This document shows positions 1 to 9,280 of a stretch of 64,000 bases of DNA, piece by piece. Source of the stretch: an uncultured Chloroflexia bacterium (GTDB lineage Bacteria > Chloroflexota > Limnocylindria > QHBO01); the NCBI GenBank assembly GCA_963814375.1, contig CAWFCQ010000007.1, forward strand, positions 64,001 through 128,000, in the 5' to 3' direction. The notes under the pieces were generated by a model. The model had not been told where the DNA came from. It saw only the letters and a program-made list of their open reading frames with translations, and made no database searches. The translations under genes and the position numbers were made by a program. Positions within the stretch are counted from its first letter, which is position 1; the number at the start of each line of letters is the position of its first letter.

Positions 1-20
1 CTCGTCGTCAGGGTGGGCAT
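1..20 (-). CDS. 5' end of a gene running off the left edge (MPTLTT...)
   Basis: ATG at 20 on the minus strand, 20 nt downstream of the patatin stop; only 6 codons visible. Confidence 0.35.
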
Positions 21-40
21 GGACGAAAAGGACGCCGCCG

Positions 41-904
41 TCAGGCTGCACGGACCGATGCCTCGCTGCGAACTTCGGATGCGCCGATGGTAGCCAGCAC
101 ACGGTGGGTGTCGCGCTCTCCGATCGCGACGGCCCGATCGACCTGCCCGAACTGGAGCGCGTTCATCCATCGCAGCTGCGGGGCGATGAGGAGGTCGGGC
201 GGCTCGGCGACGACCGGATCGGCCCATCGCGCGGTGAGCAGTGCGAGGAAGCGCCGAGCGGTGAGGCGGTCGGCTGGCGTCCCGACGCCCAGGCGCCCGG
301 AGGCGGTCCGCAGGAAGGCGGCGCCGAACCGGCTGGCGAGGAACGCCGGCTTCGGGATGTCCGCCAGCACGCCGATGACCGGCAGGTTCGGCGCCCATAT
401 GCGAGCGAGGCTCACCGGGACGCCTTCCCAGGGACCGGCATCGCACCAGACACCATCGGCGTCGCGGCGGGGCGGAAAGAAGAGCGGCACCGCGATGCTC
501 TTCTCGAGCGCGTCGACCAGGCGACCCGACGTAATCAGCCGAGGCGTGCCGCTGACGAGGTCGAAGGCGGTGATGCCGAACGGGACGGGCAGGTCCTCGA
601 TCAGCGGATCCCCAAGGTCGGTTGCCATGCGCTCCAGCAGCGGTCGCGGATCGAAGAGGGCGAGCCGTCCGCGGCGCACGAGCCGATAGACCGAGGTCCG
701 CTTCCCGGCCGCCGCGATCTCATCCGGCGTGCGACCGGCGGCAAGGCCGGCGCCGACGATCGCCCCCATGCTGGTTCCGACGATGCGCTCGGCCCGCAGG
801 CCGTGAGCGTCGAGCGCGCGCGCGACCCCGACATGGGCCCAGCCGCGTGCGCCGCCGCCCCCGAGGGCGAGGGTGAAGCCATCGGCGAAGGGCGCTTGGC
901 TCAT
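41..904 (-). CDS. Patatin-like phospholipase
   Basis: GGGGARG glycine loop, GTSMG nucleophile elbow, DAG (DGG-like) motif. Confidence 0.9.
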   Translation of the reverse strand: MSQAPFADGFTLALGGGGARGWAHVGVARALDAHGLRAERIVGTSMGAIVGAGLAAGRTPDEIAAAGKRTSVYRLVRRGRLALFDPRPLLERMATDLGDPLIEDLPVPFGITAFDLVSGTPRLITSGRLVDALEKSIAVPLFFPPRRDADGVWCDAGPWEGVPVSLARIWAPNLPVIGVLADIPKPAFLASRFGAAFLRTASGRLGVGTPADRLTARRFLALLTARWADPVVAEPPDLLIAPQLRWMNALQFGQVDRAVAIGERDTHRVLATIGASEVRSEASVRAA

Positions 905-908
905 CGGC

Positions 909-1238
909 TCAGGAGGCCGCGTGATCCGCGCAATCGCACATGTCGCGCAGCTTCGTGTAGGTGAAGAGGCCCGTGTCGTGCCCGTCGGCCCAGATCGGCG
1001 CGAGCGCGTAGCGACCGATCCAGCGCACCTCGTTCATGTGCGTCTGCCGCTCGTCGAAGGCGGTCTCCAGCGTGACGACGCCGGGCAGGCTTCCCTCGCC
1101 CGCGCACAGCGCGCACGGGCAGGCACGGCGAAGGGCCAGCCACGTCCACTCGCCCAGGTGGCCGTCGTCCCAGCGGATGCGCATCTTCCTCGCCGTCTCG
1201 TCGAGCTCCACGCCGATCGGGTTGACGATGTCGGGCAT
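909..1238 (-). CDS. DUF971 / gamma-butyrobetaine hydroxylase N-terminal-like protein
   Basis: WDDGH...LRRACPCALC...GRYALAPIWADGHDTGLFTY pattern; start moved to MPDIVN, just after the upstream stop. Confidence 0.85.
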   Translation of the reverse strand: MPDIVNPIGVELDETARKMRIRWDDGHLGEWTWLALRRACPCALCAGEGSLPGVVTLETAFDERQTHMNEVRWIGRYALAPIWADGHDTGLFTYTKLRDMCDCADHAAS

Positions 1239-1240
1239 GC

Positions 1241-3455
1241 CTAGGGTGCCTCCCAGCGGGCGGTCGTGCCCAGCCACTCAGCGCCGAAGGCGGCTCCGGT
1301 CGACGTCAGCTGCATGACCGGAACACCATCTCCCAGGTCCCACAGGTAGAGGTTCTGAAGGACGCCGCCGCCGGAGGTCGGCCTGCCCAGGGTGAAGACG
1401 ACGCGCTCCCCGTCGGGCGACCATCGCAGGTGGCTCACGTAGCCGGTCGCGGTCGTCCTCGCGAGTGCTCCCTCCTCGTGATTGGTGAGAGCGATCGCCG
1501 TGACGCCGTCGATGACCTCGAAGGTGACGCGGTGGCGGCCGTCCGGCGACCACAGCAGCGGGAGCGCCTCATCGAGCTCGGTGACCTCGCCGCTGGTGGG
1601 GTCGACCTGCCACGTGCCGCCCGCGAGTGCCCACAGTCGGAGCGATCCATCGTGCATCCAGAAGAGCCTGATGGTCCCGCCGTCGTCACTGAGCTGGGCC
1701 TCGGTGATCGGGGGCTCTGCTTCGATCTGTGGCCTCGGAAACGTGAGGCTGGCGAGCTCGCTCGTGTCGCCTGACGCGTAGTCGATCGCGAGCACGTGCG
1801 CGACATCGTTTGCCCCATCCTGCGTGATGCGCACGGCGTACACGACCGCGGCGTCCTCGCCCGAAGGTGAGCGTCGAGATGCCGTCGCCCAGTCGTCGCT
1901 TCTCCTTGCCCGGCTCGATCGAGACGAGGACGTCAGCGAGGAGGCCGGCTCCGACCGTCCCATCCGGAGACCATGCCATGCGTCGCACGTCGAGGGCCGG
2001 GTCCTGCGCGAGCACCGTGGGATCGGTCGACGTCGTGAAATCGTGGTGGAGGAGGTAGATGGGTGCGAGGGGGGCGGAACGGCCCTGGTAGACCATCTCG
2101 AGCGGGCCGTACACGGGTGGCGGGACGGGGGTCGGCGTCGGAGCCGCCGACCCGCTCGGGACCACGCTCGAGCTGGAGGGTGCGATCGTCGGCTCCGGAC
2201 TTGCCTGCGGGGTCTCGTCGGGTAGTCCGACCAGGGCGCTCGCCGACGGCGTGGGTCCGCTACTGGCCCGCAGGGACCCGTCGCCCGCGAAGATGAGCGC
2301 GAGCAGGACGATGACCATGCCTGCCAGGAGCAGGATGATGCCGATGAGCCACGGCACAGCCTGCTCGGCGGTCGTCGGCGCCGGTACGGCCTCCTCGAGG
2401 GACGCATCGTCGTTGAGAGCCAGCGAGGTGCGGATGTCGCTTGACGTCGGCTCGAGGTCCACCGGCCGGGTCGCTGGCTGCGTCGGCTCCCAGCTCGACG
2501 GCAGCACCTGGGTGGCATCCGATTGGTTCGGCCAGCCATCTTCCAGGAACGGGAACGGGTTCGGCGCGGCTTCCGGTTCCGGCTGCTCCTGCGCCTCCAG
2601 CTCTTCCAGCTCCTCTGGCGCCTCGCGCTCCTCCTGCGCCGGCTCCGCGGACTGAGCCGCAAGCGCTGCGAGGGCGGCAATCGCTGCGGGGTCGTCATCG
2701 GCCTGGACGTCGGGGATGGCCTCAACCCCCTCCCCCACCAGAGTCGCAGGATTCTCTGGCTCGTCCGGCAGCCAATCGGGCTCGATCGGCTCCGGCGGCG
2801 ACTCTGTGATCGGCGACTCCGTAATCGGCGACTCCGCAGCGGCGATGGGTGCCGCCTCGACCTGCGGCGGACCCCACGTCTCCGCCTCCAGCTCGGCGGC
2901 CTGGTCCGATGGGCCGGCGTCGGCCGCCTCGACGGTCCATGGATCGGCCAAAGCGGCAGCGGCCCACGGATCGGCCGTCGCGTCCCACGGCTCTGCCAGG
3001 GGCGCAGCGGGCTCATCGCGGATCGGCTCTTCCGCGGGCTGCTCGTCGAACATTTCCGGCGCCGCTGCTTCGGGCTCGACGACTTCCGGCTCGACGGCGA
3101 CGGACTCGACGGCCGCAGCTTCCGGCGGCGGCTGCCACGCGTCTGCGGCGACGGGCTCGAGCGGCGCTTCCTCGGGGGCCGTGGGCAGGGTCGGATCGTC
3201 ATCGGTCCACGACTCGGCCCACGGATCACTCGATGGGTGGTCTGGCTCCTCGATGACGTAGTCGTCGGAGGGCGCGGGAGAGGAAGGCCACGCGTCCCAG
3301 CCCGAGGCGCTGTCGCTGCGCGACTCCTGCCAGGGGTCGTCGGCGGACCAGGGCTCCGGGCTCGGAGGACTCGACGACGGAGTGTCGAGTTCCTCGGATG
3401 GCCATTCGTCGCCATCCGGCCCGGGGAACGGCGGCCGATCCCAGGGACCGCTCAC
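1241..3455 (-). CDS. Membrane protein with long acidic Pro/Trp-rich N-terminus, one TM helix, Ser/Pro/Thr linker and TolB/WD40-like beta-propeller; frameshift near 1860
   Basis: ORF 1686..3455 (N-terminus, TM WLIGIILLLAGMVIVLLALIF, WSPDG) continues in the frame of ORF 1241..3415 (more WSPDG repeats). Confidence 0.7.
2797..2836 (-). repeat. 15-bp tandem repeat encoding ESPIT-ESPIT-ESPP
   Basis: ggcgactctgtgatc/ggcgactccgtaatc/ggcgactccg seen directly. Confidence 0.7.
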
Positions 3456-4375
3456 TCGCGGGCCCCGCTGGGTGCACGGCTCACCGCGGAATCATACCGA
3501 ATGGTGACGACAATGATCCCGAGGACCACCAGCGCGGTGCCCATGGCCAGGCGCGGATCCATCTGCTCACCGAGGAGCAGCACCCCGATCGCGACCCCAA
3601 CCACCGGGAACATATAGGTCACCATCACCGCCATCGTGGCGCCGATCTGCTCGATCAGGAAGAAGTAGAGCACGTAGGCGACGAAGGAGCCGAGCAGTCC
3701 GAGCCACAGGACGGCAAGGACGGTATCGGGCTCCATCGGGACGATGAGGCCGCCATCGGCCAGGAGGGCGAGGATCCACATGTCGATCGCCGCGAAGATG
3801 AGGGTTCCCGCCGCCACCACGTAGCGGTGCGTGCTTCGGATCTGGTAGCGCGAGTAGGACGCGCCGACGGCGTAGGAGAAGGCCGCGAGAACGATCGCCA
3901 GGGCGCCGATGAGTCCGGACGGGCCTGCCCGCAGATCGAGCTCCCGGCTCGCCAGGAGCGCGGCGCCGACGAAGCCGAGCACGAGACCGGTGACGCGCAG
4001 GGCGGTGACCGGCTCGGTCTTCAGGGCGACACCGGCGATGACGAGGCTGAAGATCGGAACGAGCGAGTTGAGCACGGCCGCCGTGCCGGAGTCGACGAAC
4101 AGCTCGCCCCAGCTGATGAGGAAGATCGGGATCGCGGCGTTGACGGTGCCGAGAACGAGGAGCGGAAACCAGTCGCCGGCGCGGCGCGGCATCGGCACGC
4201 GAAGGATCGCCAGCAGCACCAGCATCCCGATCGCACCGAGGGTCATGCGCCAGGCAACGAGCGTGGCGGGCGGGATCTCTTCCACGGCGATCTTGATCCA
4301 CGCGAACGACGATCCCCAGATCAGGCCGAGGAGGACGAAGGCAGCCGGAATCAGCCAGCGCGACGTGGAGGCCAT
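3452..4375 (-). CDS. EamA/DMT family transporter
   Basis: About 10 hydrophobic segments, IWGSSF start motif, two EamA repeats. Confidence 0.9.
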   Translation of the reverse strand: MASTSRWLIPAAFVLLGLIWGSSFAWIKIAVEEIPPATLVAWRMTLGAIGMLVLLAILRVPMPRRAGDWFPLLVLGTVNAAIPIFLISWGELFVDSGTAAVLNSLVPIFSLVIAGVALKTEPVTALRVTGLVLGFVGAALLASRELDLRAGPSGLIGALAIVLAAFSYAVGASYSRYQIRSTHRYVVAAGTLIFAAIDMWILALLADGGLIVPMEPDTVLAVLWLGLLGSFVAYVLYFFLIEQIGATMAVMVTYMFPVVGVAIGVLLLGEQMDPRLAMGTALVVLGIIVVTIRYDSAVSRAPSGARE

Positions 4376-4430
4376 CGAAGAAGGCTACCCGACCGATCCC
4401 GGTGACGCCGGTAGCCGGGTTGGAACGCGC

Positions 4431-5453
4431 CTACGGGACGATCGTCGCCTCGTCGGGCAATCCAACCTCCGCCAGCGCTTCCTCGGTGATCGGCTCCATC
4501 GCCAGCCGCTCCGCGAGCCAGACCGCTCGGTCGGCGACCGCATCGGCGTCGAGAGCGTGGGCGGCCGGATAGCTGTCGATGCGTGTTCCGGCCGGAGCCG
4601 CCGCGACCCATTCCTCGATGTCGCTCGCGACGACCACGTCGTCCGCGGTGCCGAACTGGAGATAGAGCGCGTCGGGATCGGCGCCGCCCACCGCCGGGAC
4701 CGCGTCGAACGGCTCCATCGCGGCCAGGTACGCCTCCCAGCCGTCATCGCCGACGACCGAGCGCACGCCGGCGAACTCGTCGGCGCTGCGCCGCAGGAAT
4801 CCGGTCCAGCTCGGACGGCCGGTGATCGCCACCGTCGCCGCGAAGGGGCCGCCCGTGCCTGCCAGCACCGCGCCCAGGGACGCACCCCACGAGTGGCCCA
4901 CGAAGCCGATGCGCTCGGGGTCGACCTCGGGCCGCTCGGCGAGCACCTGCCACGCGCCGGCCAGGTCGTCCAGGGTCTGCTGGGTCAGCGCCGCCTCGGC
5001 ATCGGGCTCGAAGTAGTTCCCCAGCGTCCCGGTACGGCTGTCGCCCTCGCGGGCAAACGGGGCGTCGATGGTCAGTGCCACCGCGCCACCCGAGGCCATC
5101 GCGATCGCCTCGTCGAGGAAGTCGTCGCGGTCCGTCTCGCTGCCGTGGAGGTAGACGATGCCCGCGTGTGGCCCGGTCCCCTCCGGCACGACCATCCAAC
5201 CGGAGACGCGTCCCCCGCCGGTGCTGGCATAGCTGACGTCGTACAGGGTCGCGCCCTCAAGCTCGGCGCGGACCGACTCCTCGACGGCGAGCGATGCAGG
5301 ACCGGAGGGCGATGGCGGCATGGTCGGTTCCTCCGAGGCTGCGGCCGACGCAGCGTTCGACGCTGGCGAGGCGCTAGGATCGGCGGCGGCGGCGCACGCC
5401 GCGAGGGCCAGGGTGAGGACGGCCGCGGTCGCGGCGGTTGCTCGGCTGCGCAT
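4431..5453 (-). CDS. Alpha/beta hydrolase lipoprotein (dienelactone hydrolase / S9-like)
   Basis: Lipobox LAAC, YLHGS, GHSWG nucleophile, GTADDVV, C-terminal His. Confidence 0.8.
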   Translation of the reverse strand: MRSRATAATAAVLTLALAACAAAADPSASPASNAASAAASEEPTMPPSPSGPASLAVEESVRAELEGATLYDVSYASTGGGRVSGWMVVPEGTGPHAGIVYLHGSETDRDDFLDEAIAMASGGAVALTIDAPFAREGDSRTGTLGNYFEPDAEAALTQQTLDDLAGAWQVLAERPEVDPERIGFVGHSWGASLGAVLAGTGGPFAATVAITGRPSWTGFLRRSADEFAGVRSVVGDDGWEAYLAAMEPFDAVPAVGGADPDALYLQFGTADDVVVASDIEEWVAAAPAGTRIDSYPAAHALDADAVADRAVWLAERLAMEPITEEALAEVGLPDEATIVP

Positions 5454-5475
5454 GATGGTGGAGAATATTCCATCA

Positions 5476-6007
5476 ATGGAGAAGCGTCAACCATCTGAAC
5501 GCGAGGTGCCGGCCGCGGAACGCGACGCGACACCGTCGGAGGCGCGCGCCCTGGCGCATCCATTGCGCCTCCGCATTCTCCGCCTGTGCATCGACGAGGC
5601 CCTGACGAACCGCGAGCTTGCGCTCCGTCTCGGCCGTGACCCCGGCACGACCCTCTACCACGTGCGAAAGCTCGTCGAGCTCGGCTTCCTGAAGGCGGAG
5701 CCGATGCGCCGCGCCGCGTCGGGGCACCTGGAGCAGCCCTACCTCATCACCGGCAAGTCGTGGATGCTGCGGGTCTCGAAGGCCCCCTCGTACTCGACTG
5801 CCGTGCTCGACGCGGTTCGCGACGAGCTGGCAGAGGCAGGCCCGCGGGCAGCGATCAGCACCACGCGCCTCGGGGTGCGGCTGACCGACGCGGACATCCG
5901 CGAGCTGCGGAGGCGGCTGGACGATCTCGCCGGCGACTTCGCCGCACGCGACGACGCCCGGGACGCCCGTCGGGATGCTGCTGATGGCGCACCGCCGTCG
6001 CCGGTAG
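5476..6007 (+). CDS. ArsR-type winged-helix regulator; frameshift near 5958
   Basis: ALAHPLRLRIL...LYHVRKLVELGFL; the natural C-terminus PVGMLLMAHRRRR* lies in another frame ending at 6007. Confidence 0.8.
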
Positions 6008-6032
6008 CGCATCGCCGGTCGACTAGCGCGTT

Positions 6033-6210
6033 TGCGATTTATCACGGCCGATGCACCAGAACCCCGTTTCGGGCGCGGTTCTCGCGATCTATCGCGGCCT
6101 CGCGCGCACAAGCGTCACCTCGGGGCGCGCCTCAGGCGTGCCGGCTCGCGATCCATCGCGAGAACGCAGCCCCGACGGCCGCTGCGGTGAAGTGGCCGCG
6201 ATCCATCGCG
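6033..6210 (+). repeat. Dispersed ~178-bp four-palindrome element, copy 1
   Basis: CGCGATNNATCGCG-like boxes at 6033, 6083, 6147, 6197; homologous to 10874-11050 (reverse) and 49213-49390. Confidence 0.85.
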
Positions 6211-6221
6211 ACGCGCCCAGG

Positions 6222-6425
6222 TCAGTCGGAGGCGGCCCACATGATGGCGCCGACGGTGAAGACGCCGGCCACGAGTCCGATGAAGGCGGCAGTCCCTTCC
6301 GGGCCCTGCCCTTCCACGGTCGGCACCGCTGCGTTGAGGACGGGCAGGAAGATCACCATGTAGGCGAGCCACAGGACGGTGGCGACGCTCGCGATGATGA
6401 CGCGCCGGCTGCGATCACGGACCAT
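6222..6425 (-). CDS. Small two-TM membrane protein
   Basis: 67 aa, two hydrophobic helices, TAGGAT box 8 nt before the ATG. Confidence 0.6.
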   Translation of the reverse strand: MVRDRSRRVIIASVATVLWLAYMVIFLPVLNAAVPTVEGQGPEGTAAFIGLVAGVFTVGAIMWAASD

Positions 6426-6449
6426 GCCGGCCGATCCTAGCAGACCGAT

Positions 6450-7208
6450 TCAGCCGGTCGCCGCGAGCCGAGCCCGCTCCGGCACGCGATGGAAGAGCGC
6501 GGGATCGGCACGCCCCTCCAGCATGCGCAGCTTCGCCGCGGCGACCAATCCGAGCGTCACCTCGCGACCGTCGTCGGCGCCGCCATCGATGCGCCGGAGC
6601 GTCATCGTGCCGATGTGCCCGGCCACCTCGAGGACGGTGAAGGAGTTGCCCGGCCGGATCCCGTTCTCCTGGAGGAAGGTCAGGAGCATGGCATCCTCCT
6701 CGGCCTCCTCGGTGACGCGAAGGATGGTGACCTCGTTGCCCTCCCCTGCCTCGGAGAGCGCGAGGCCGGCGGGACGCTCCGGGGTATGCCCGTCGCGCGG
6801 GATCGGGTTGCCGTGGGGGCAGGTCGGTGGGCGGCCCAGCAGCTCGTCGATGCGATCGGTGACGCGGTCGCTGAACGCGTTCTGGAGGTGGTGCGCCTCC
6901 TCGTCCGCCTCCGCCCAACCGAGGCCGATCACCTCGGTCAGCAGCCACTCGCTGAGGGCGTGGCGACGGAACGTCCGCTCGGCCGCTGCACGGCCGCGGT
7001 CGGTCAGGTTGAGCTGGCGCGTCTCGGCGTCGACGCTGAGGAGGTCCTCGCGCACCAGTCTGTTCACCATCTCGCTGACCGTCGCGGCGCTGACTCCCAG
7101 GCGCTCGGCGACGCGCGCGGCGATGACCGGCTGACCCTCGCCGTGCATGTAGCGAATCACCATGAGGTACTCGGCCGCGGCGTCGGTCGGATCCTCTCGG
7201 GTCGCCAT
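6450..7208 (-). CDS. DtxR/IdeR/MntR family metal-dependent repressor with FeoA-like C-terminal domain
   Basis: EYLMVI, RRHALSEWLL, EAHHLQ, CPHGNPIP motifs. Confidence 0.9.
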   Translation of the reverse strand: MATREDPTDAAAEYLMVIRYMHGEGQPVIAARVAERLGVSAATVSEMVNRLVREDLLSVDAETRQLNLTDRGRAAAERTFRRHALSEWLLTEVIGLGWAEADEEAHHLQNAFSDRVTDRIDELLGRPPTCPHGNPIPRDGHTPERPAGLALSEAGEGNEVTILRVTEEAEEDAMLLTFLQENGIRPGNSFTVLEVAGHIGTMTLRRIDGGADDGREVTLGLVAAAKLRMLEGRADPALFHRVPERARLAATG

Positions 7209-7217
7209 CGCTCGCGA

Positions 7218-9188
7218 CTACTCCTCGCCGGAGCCCGACTGGTCGCGGATCGTGTTGACCACGTTCGCATCGGCCAGGGTGGTGACGTCCCCGAGGTCCC
7301 GCTGCTCGGCGATGTCGCGCAGCAGGCGGCGCATGATCTTGCCCGACCGCGTCTTCGGCAGGTCCGGCGTGAAGAGGATCTGCTTGGGACGGGCGAACTT
7401 GCCGATGGTGTCGGCCACGTGCTCGCGCAGCTCGACGCCGAGCTCGTCGGACGCCTCGAATCCCGCGCGCAGGATGACGTAGCTGAAGATCGCCTGGCCG
7501 GTGAGCGGATCGCTGCGGCCCACGACGGCCGCCTCGGCAACCGAGGGATGCGAGACGAGCGCCGACTCGACCTCGGTGGTCGAGATGCGGTGACCGGAGA
7601 CGTTCATCACGTCGTCGACGCGACCGAGCAGCCAGTAGTAGCCGTCGTCGTCGCGCTTGCACCCGTCGCCGGGGAAGTAGCGGCCGGGATAGCGCGACCA
7701 GTAGGTCTGCTCGTAGCGCTCCGGATCGCCGTAGATGCCGCGCAGCATCGCCGGCCACGGGCGCTCGAGCACGAGGTAGCCGCCGCTCCCCAGCGGCACC
7801 GAGCCGCCGGCCTCGTCGACGACATCGGCGGCGACGCCGGGGAACGGGAAGGTGGCGCTTCCCGGCTTGAGGGTGGTGATGCCGGGCAGCGGCGTGATCA
7901 TGATCATGCCGGTCTCGGTCTGCCACCACGTGTCGACCACCGGGCAGCGCTCGCCGCCGATGTACTTCCAGTACCAGGCCCACGCCTCGGGGTTGATCGG
8001 CTCGCCGACGCTGCCGAGGAGACGCAGCGACGAGAGGTCGTCGTTCTCGAACTCGGTGTGGCCGTACTTCATCAGCGCGCGGATGGCGGTCGGCGCGGTG
8101 TAGAGGATCGTGGCCCTGTACTTCGCCGCGATCTGCGCCCATCGGTCCTTGTCGGGGAAGTCGATGGCGCCCTCGTAGATGATCCCGGTCGTCCCATTCG
8201 CGAGCGGCCCGTAGACGATGTAGCTGTGGCCGGTGACCCATCCGATGTCGGCCATGCACCAGTAGACGTCCGTCTCGGGATGGAGGTCGAAGATGTACCG
8301 ATGCGTCGCGCTCACGCCGGCGAGGTAGCCGCCGGTCGTGTGCATGATCCCCTTCGGCTTGGCCGTGGTGCCGGAGGTGTAGAGCAGGTAGAGGAGGTCC
8401 TCGGAGTCCATCGGCTCCGGGTCGGCGGTTGTGGGCTGGCCCTCGATGAGCTCGTGATACCAATGGTCGCGCGACTCGTCCCAGGCGACCTCGTCGCCGG
8501 TGCGCTTCACCACCACGCAGTGCTGCACCGATGACGTCCGGCCGATCGCCTCGTCGGCCGCCTTCTTGAGCTGGACGGTCGCGCCCTTGCGGTAGCCGCC
8601 GTCGGCCGTGATGACGACGCTGCACTCGGCGTCGTCGATGCGGTCGGCCAGGGCATCGGCGCTGAAGCCGCCGAAGACGACCGAATGCGCCGCGCCGATG
8701 CGGGTGCAGGCCAGCATCGCGACCGGCAGCTCCGGGATCATGGGCATGTAGATGGCGATCCGGTCGCCCTTCTTCACGCCGAGCCCGCGCAGCGCGTTCG
8801 TGAAGCGGCACACCTCCTCGAGCAGCTGCTCGTAGGTGATCGTGCGGGTGTCGCCCGGCTCGCCCTCCCAGTGGTAGGCGACGCGGTCGCCGAGGCCGGC
8901 GGCGACATGGCGGTCGAGGCAGTTGACGCTGACGTTGAGCTTGCCGCCGATGAACCACTTCGCATACGGCACGTCCCACGTGTAGAGCTCGCTCCACGGC
9001 TCCATCCAGTCGAGCCGGTTGCCCTCCTCGGCCCAGAAGGCGCGGAAGCCGTCCTCGGTGGCGGTGCGGTCGAAGATGCCCGGATCGGTCATGACGGCGT
9101 TCGCCACGAACTCCGGCGACGGCGCAAACGTGCGGTCCTCGCGCAGGAGGTTCTCGATCGTCGCCTCGATGTGCTCTTCAGTCGTCAT
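7218..9188 (-). CDS. acs: Acetyl-CoA synthetase
   Basis: YTSGTTAKPKG, DTWWQTETG, PKTRSGKIMRRLL motifs; 656 aa. Confidence 0.97.
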   Translation of the reverse strand: MTTEEHIEATIENLLREDRTFAPSPEFVANAVMTDPGIFDRTATEDGFRAFWAEEGNRLDWMEPWSELYTWDVPYAKWFIGGKLNVSVNCLDRHVAAGLGDRVAYHWEGEPGDTRTITYEQLLEEVCRFTNALRGLGVKKGDRIAIYMPMIPELPVAMLACTRIGAAHSVVFGGFSADALADRIDDAECSVVITADGGYRKGATVQLKKAADEAIGRTSSVQHCVVVKRTGDEVAWDESRDHWYHELIEGQPTTADPEPMDSEDLLYLLYTSGTTAKPKGIMHTTGGYLAGVSATHRYIFDLHPETDVYWCMADIGWVTGHSYIVYGPLANGTTGIIYEGAIDFPDKDRWAQIAAKYRATILYTAPTAIRALMKYGHTEFENDDLSSLRLLGSVGEPINPEAWAWYWKYIGGERCPVVDTWWQTETGMIMITPLPGITTLKPGSATFPFPGVAADVVDEAGGSVPLGSGGYLVLERPWPAMLRGIYGDPERYEQTYWSRYPGRYFPGDGCKRDDDGYYWLLGRVDDVMNVSGHRISTTEVESALVSHPSVAEAAVVGRSDPLTGQAIFSYVILRAGFEASDELGVELREHVADTIGKFARPKQILFTPDLPKTRSGKIMRRLLRDIAEQRDLGDVTTLADANVVNTIRDQSGSGEE

Positions 9189-9280
9189 GCACCGATTCTA
9201 GTGCCGGTCTGGCGGCCGATTCGGCACGCGCCATGCACGCATCGAGCGCGAGGCCCGAGCTCAGCTGGAGGTGAGGACTC

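Noticed and set aside
6033-6210. Four-palindrome element as integron attC site or tRNA-like gene
   Set aside because: No RYYYAAC/GTTRRRY ends, no cassette array or integrase, no cloverleaf or T-loop motif
6415-8997. Long alternative-frame and antisense ORFs (e.g. 6415..8997, 6489..8534, 39094..40776, 13653..15350)
   Set aside because: Arg/Pro/Gly-rich shadow ORFs expected in high-GC DNA, overlapping well-supported genes
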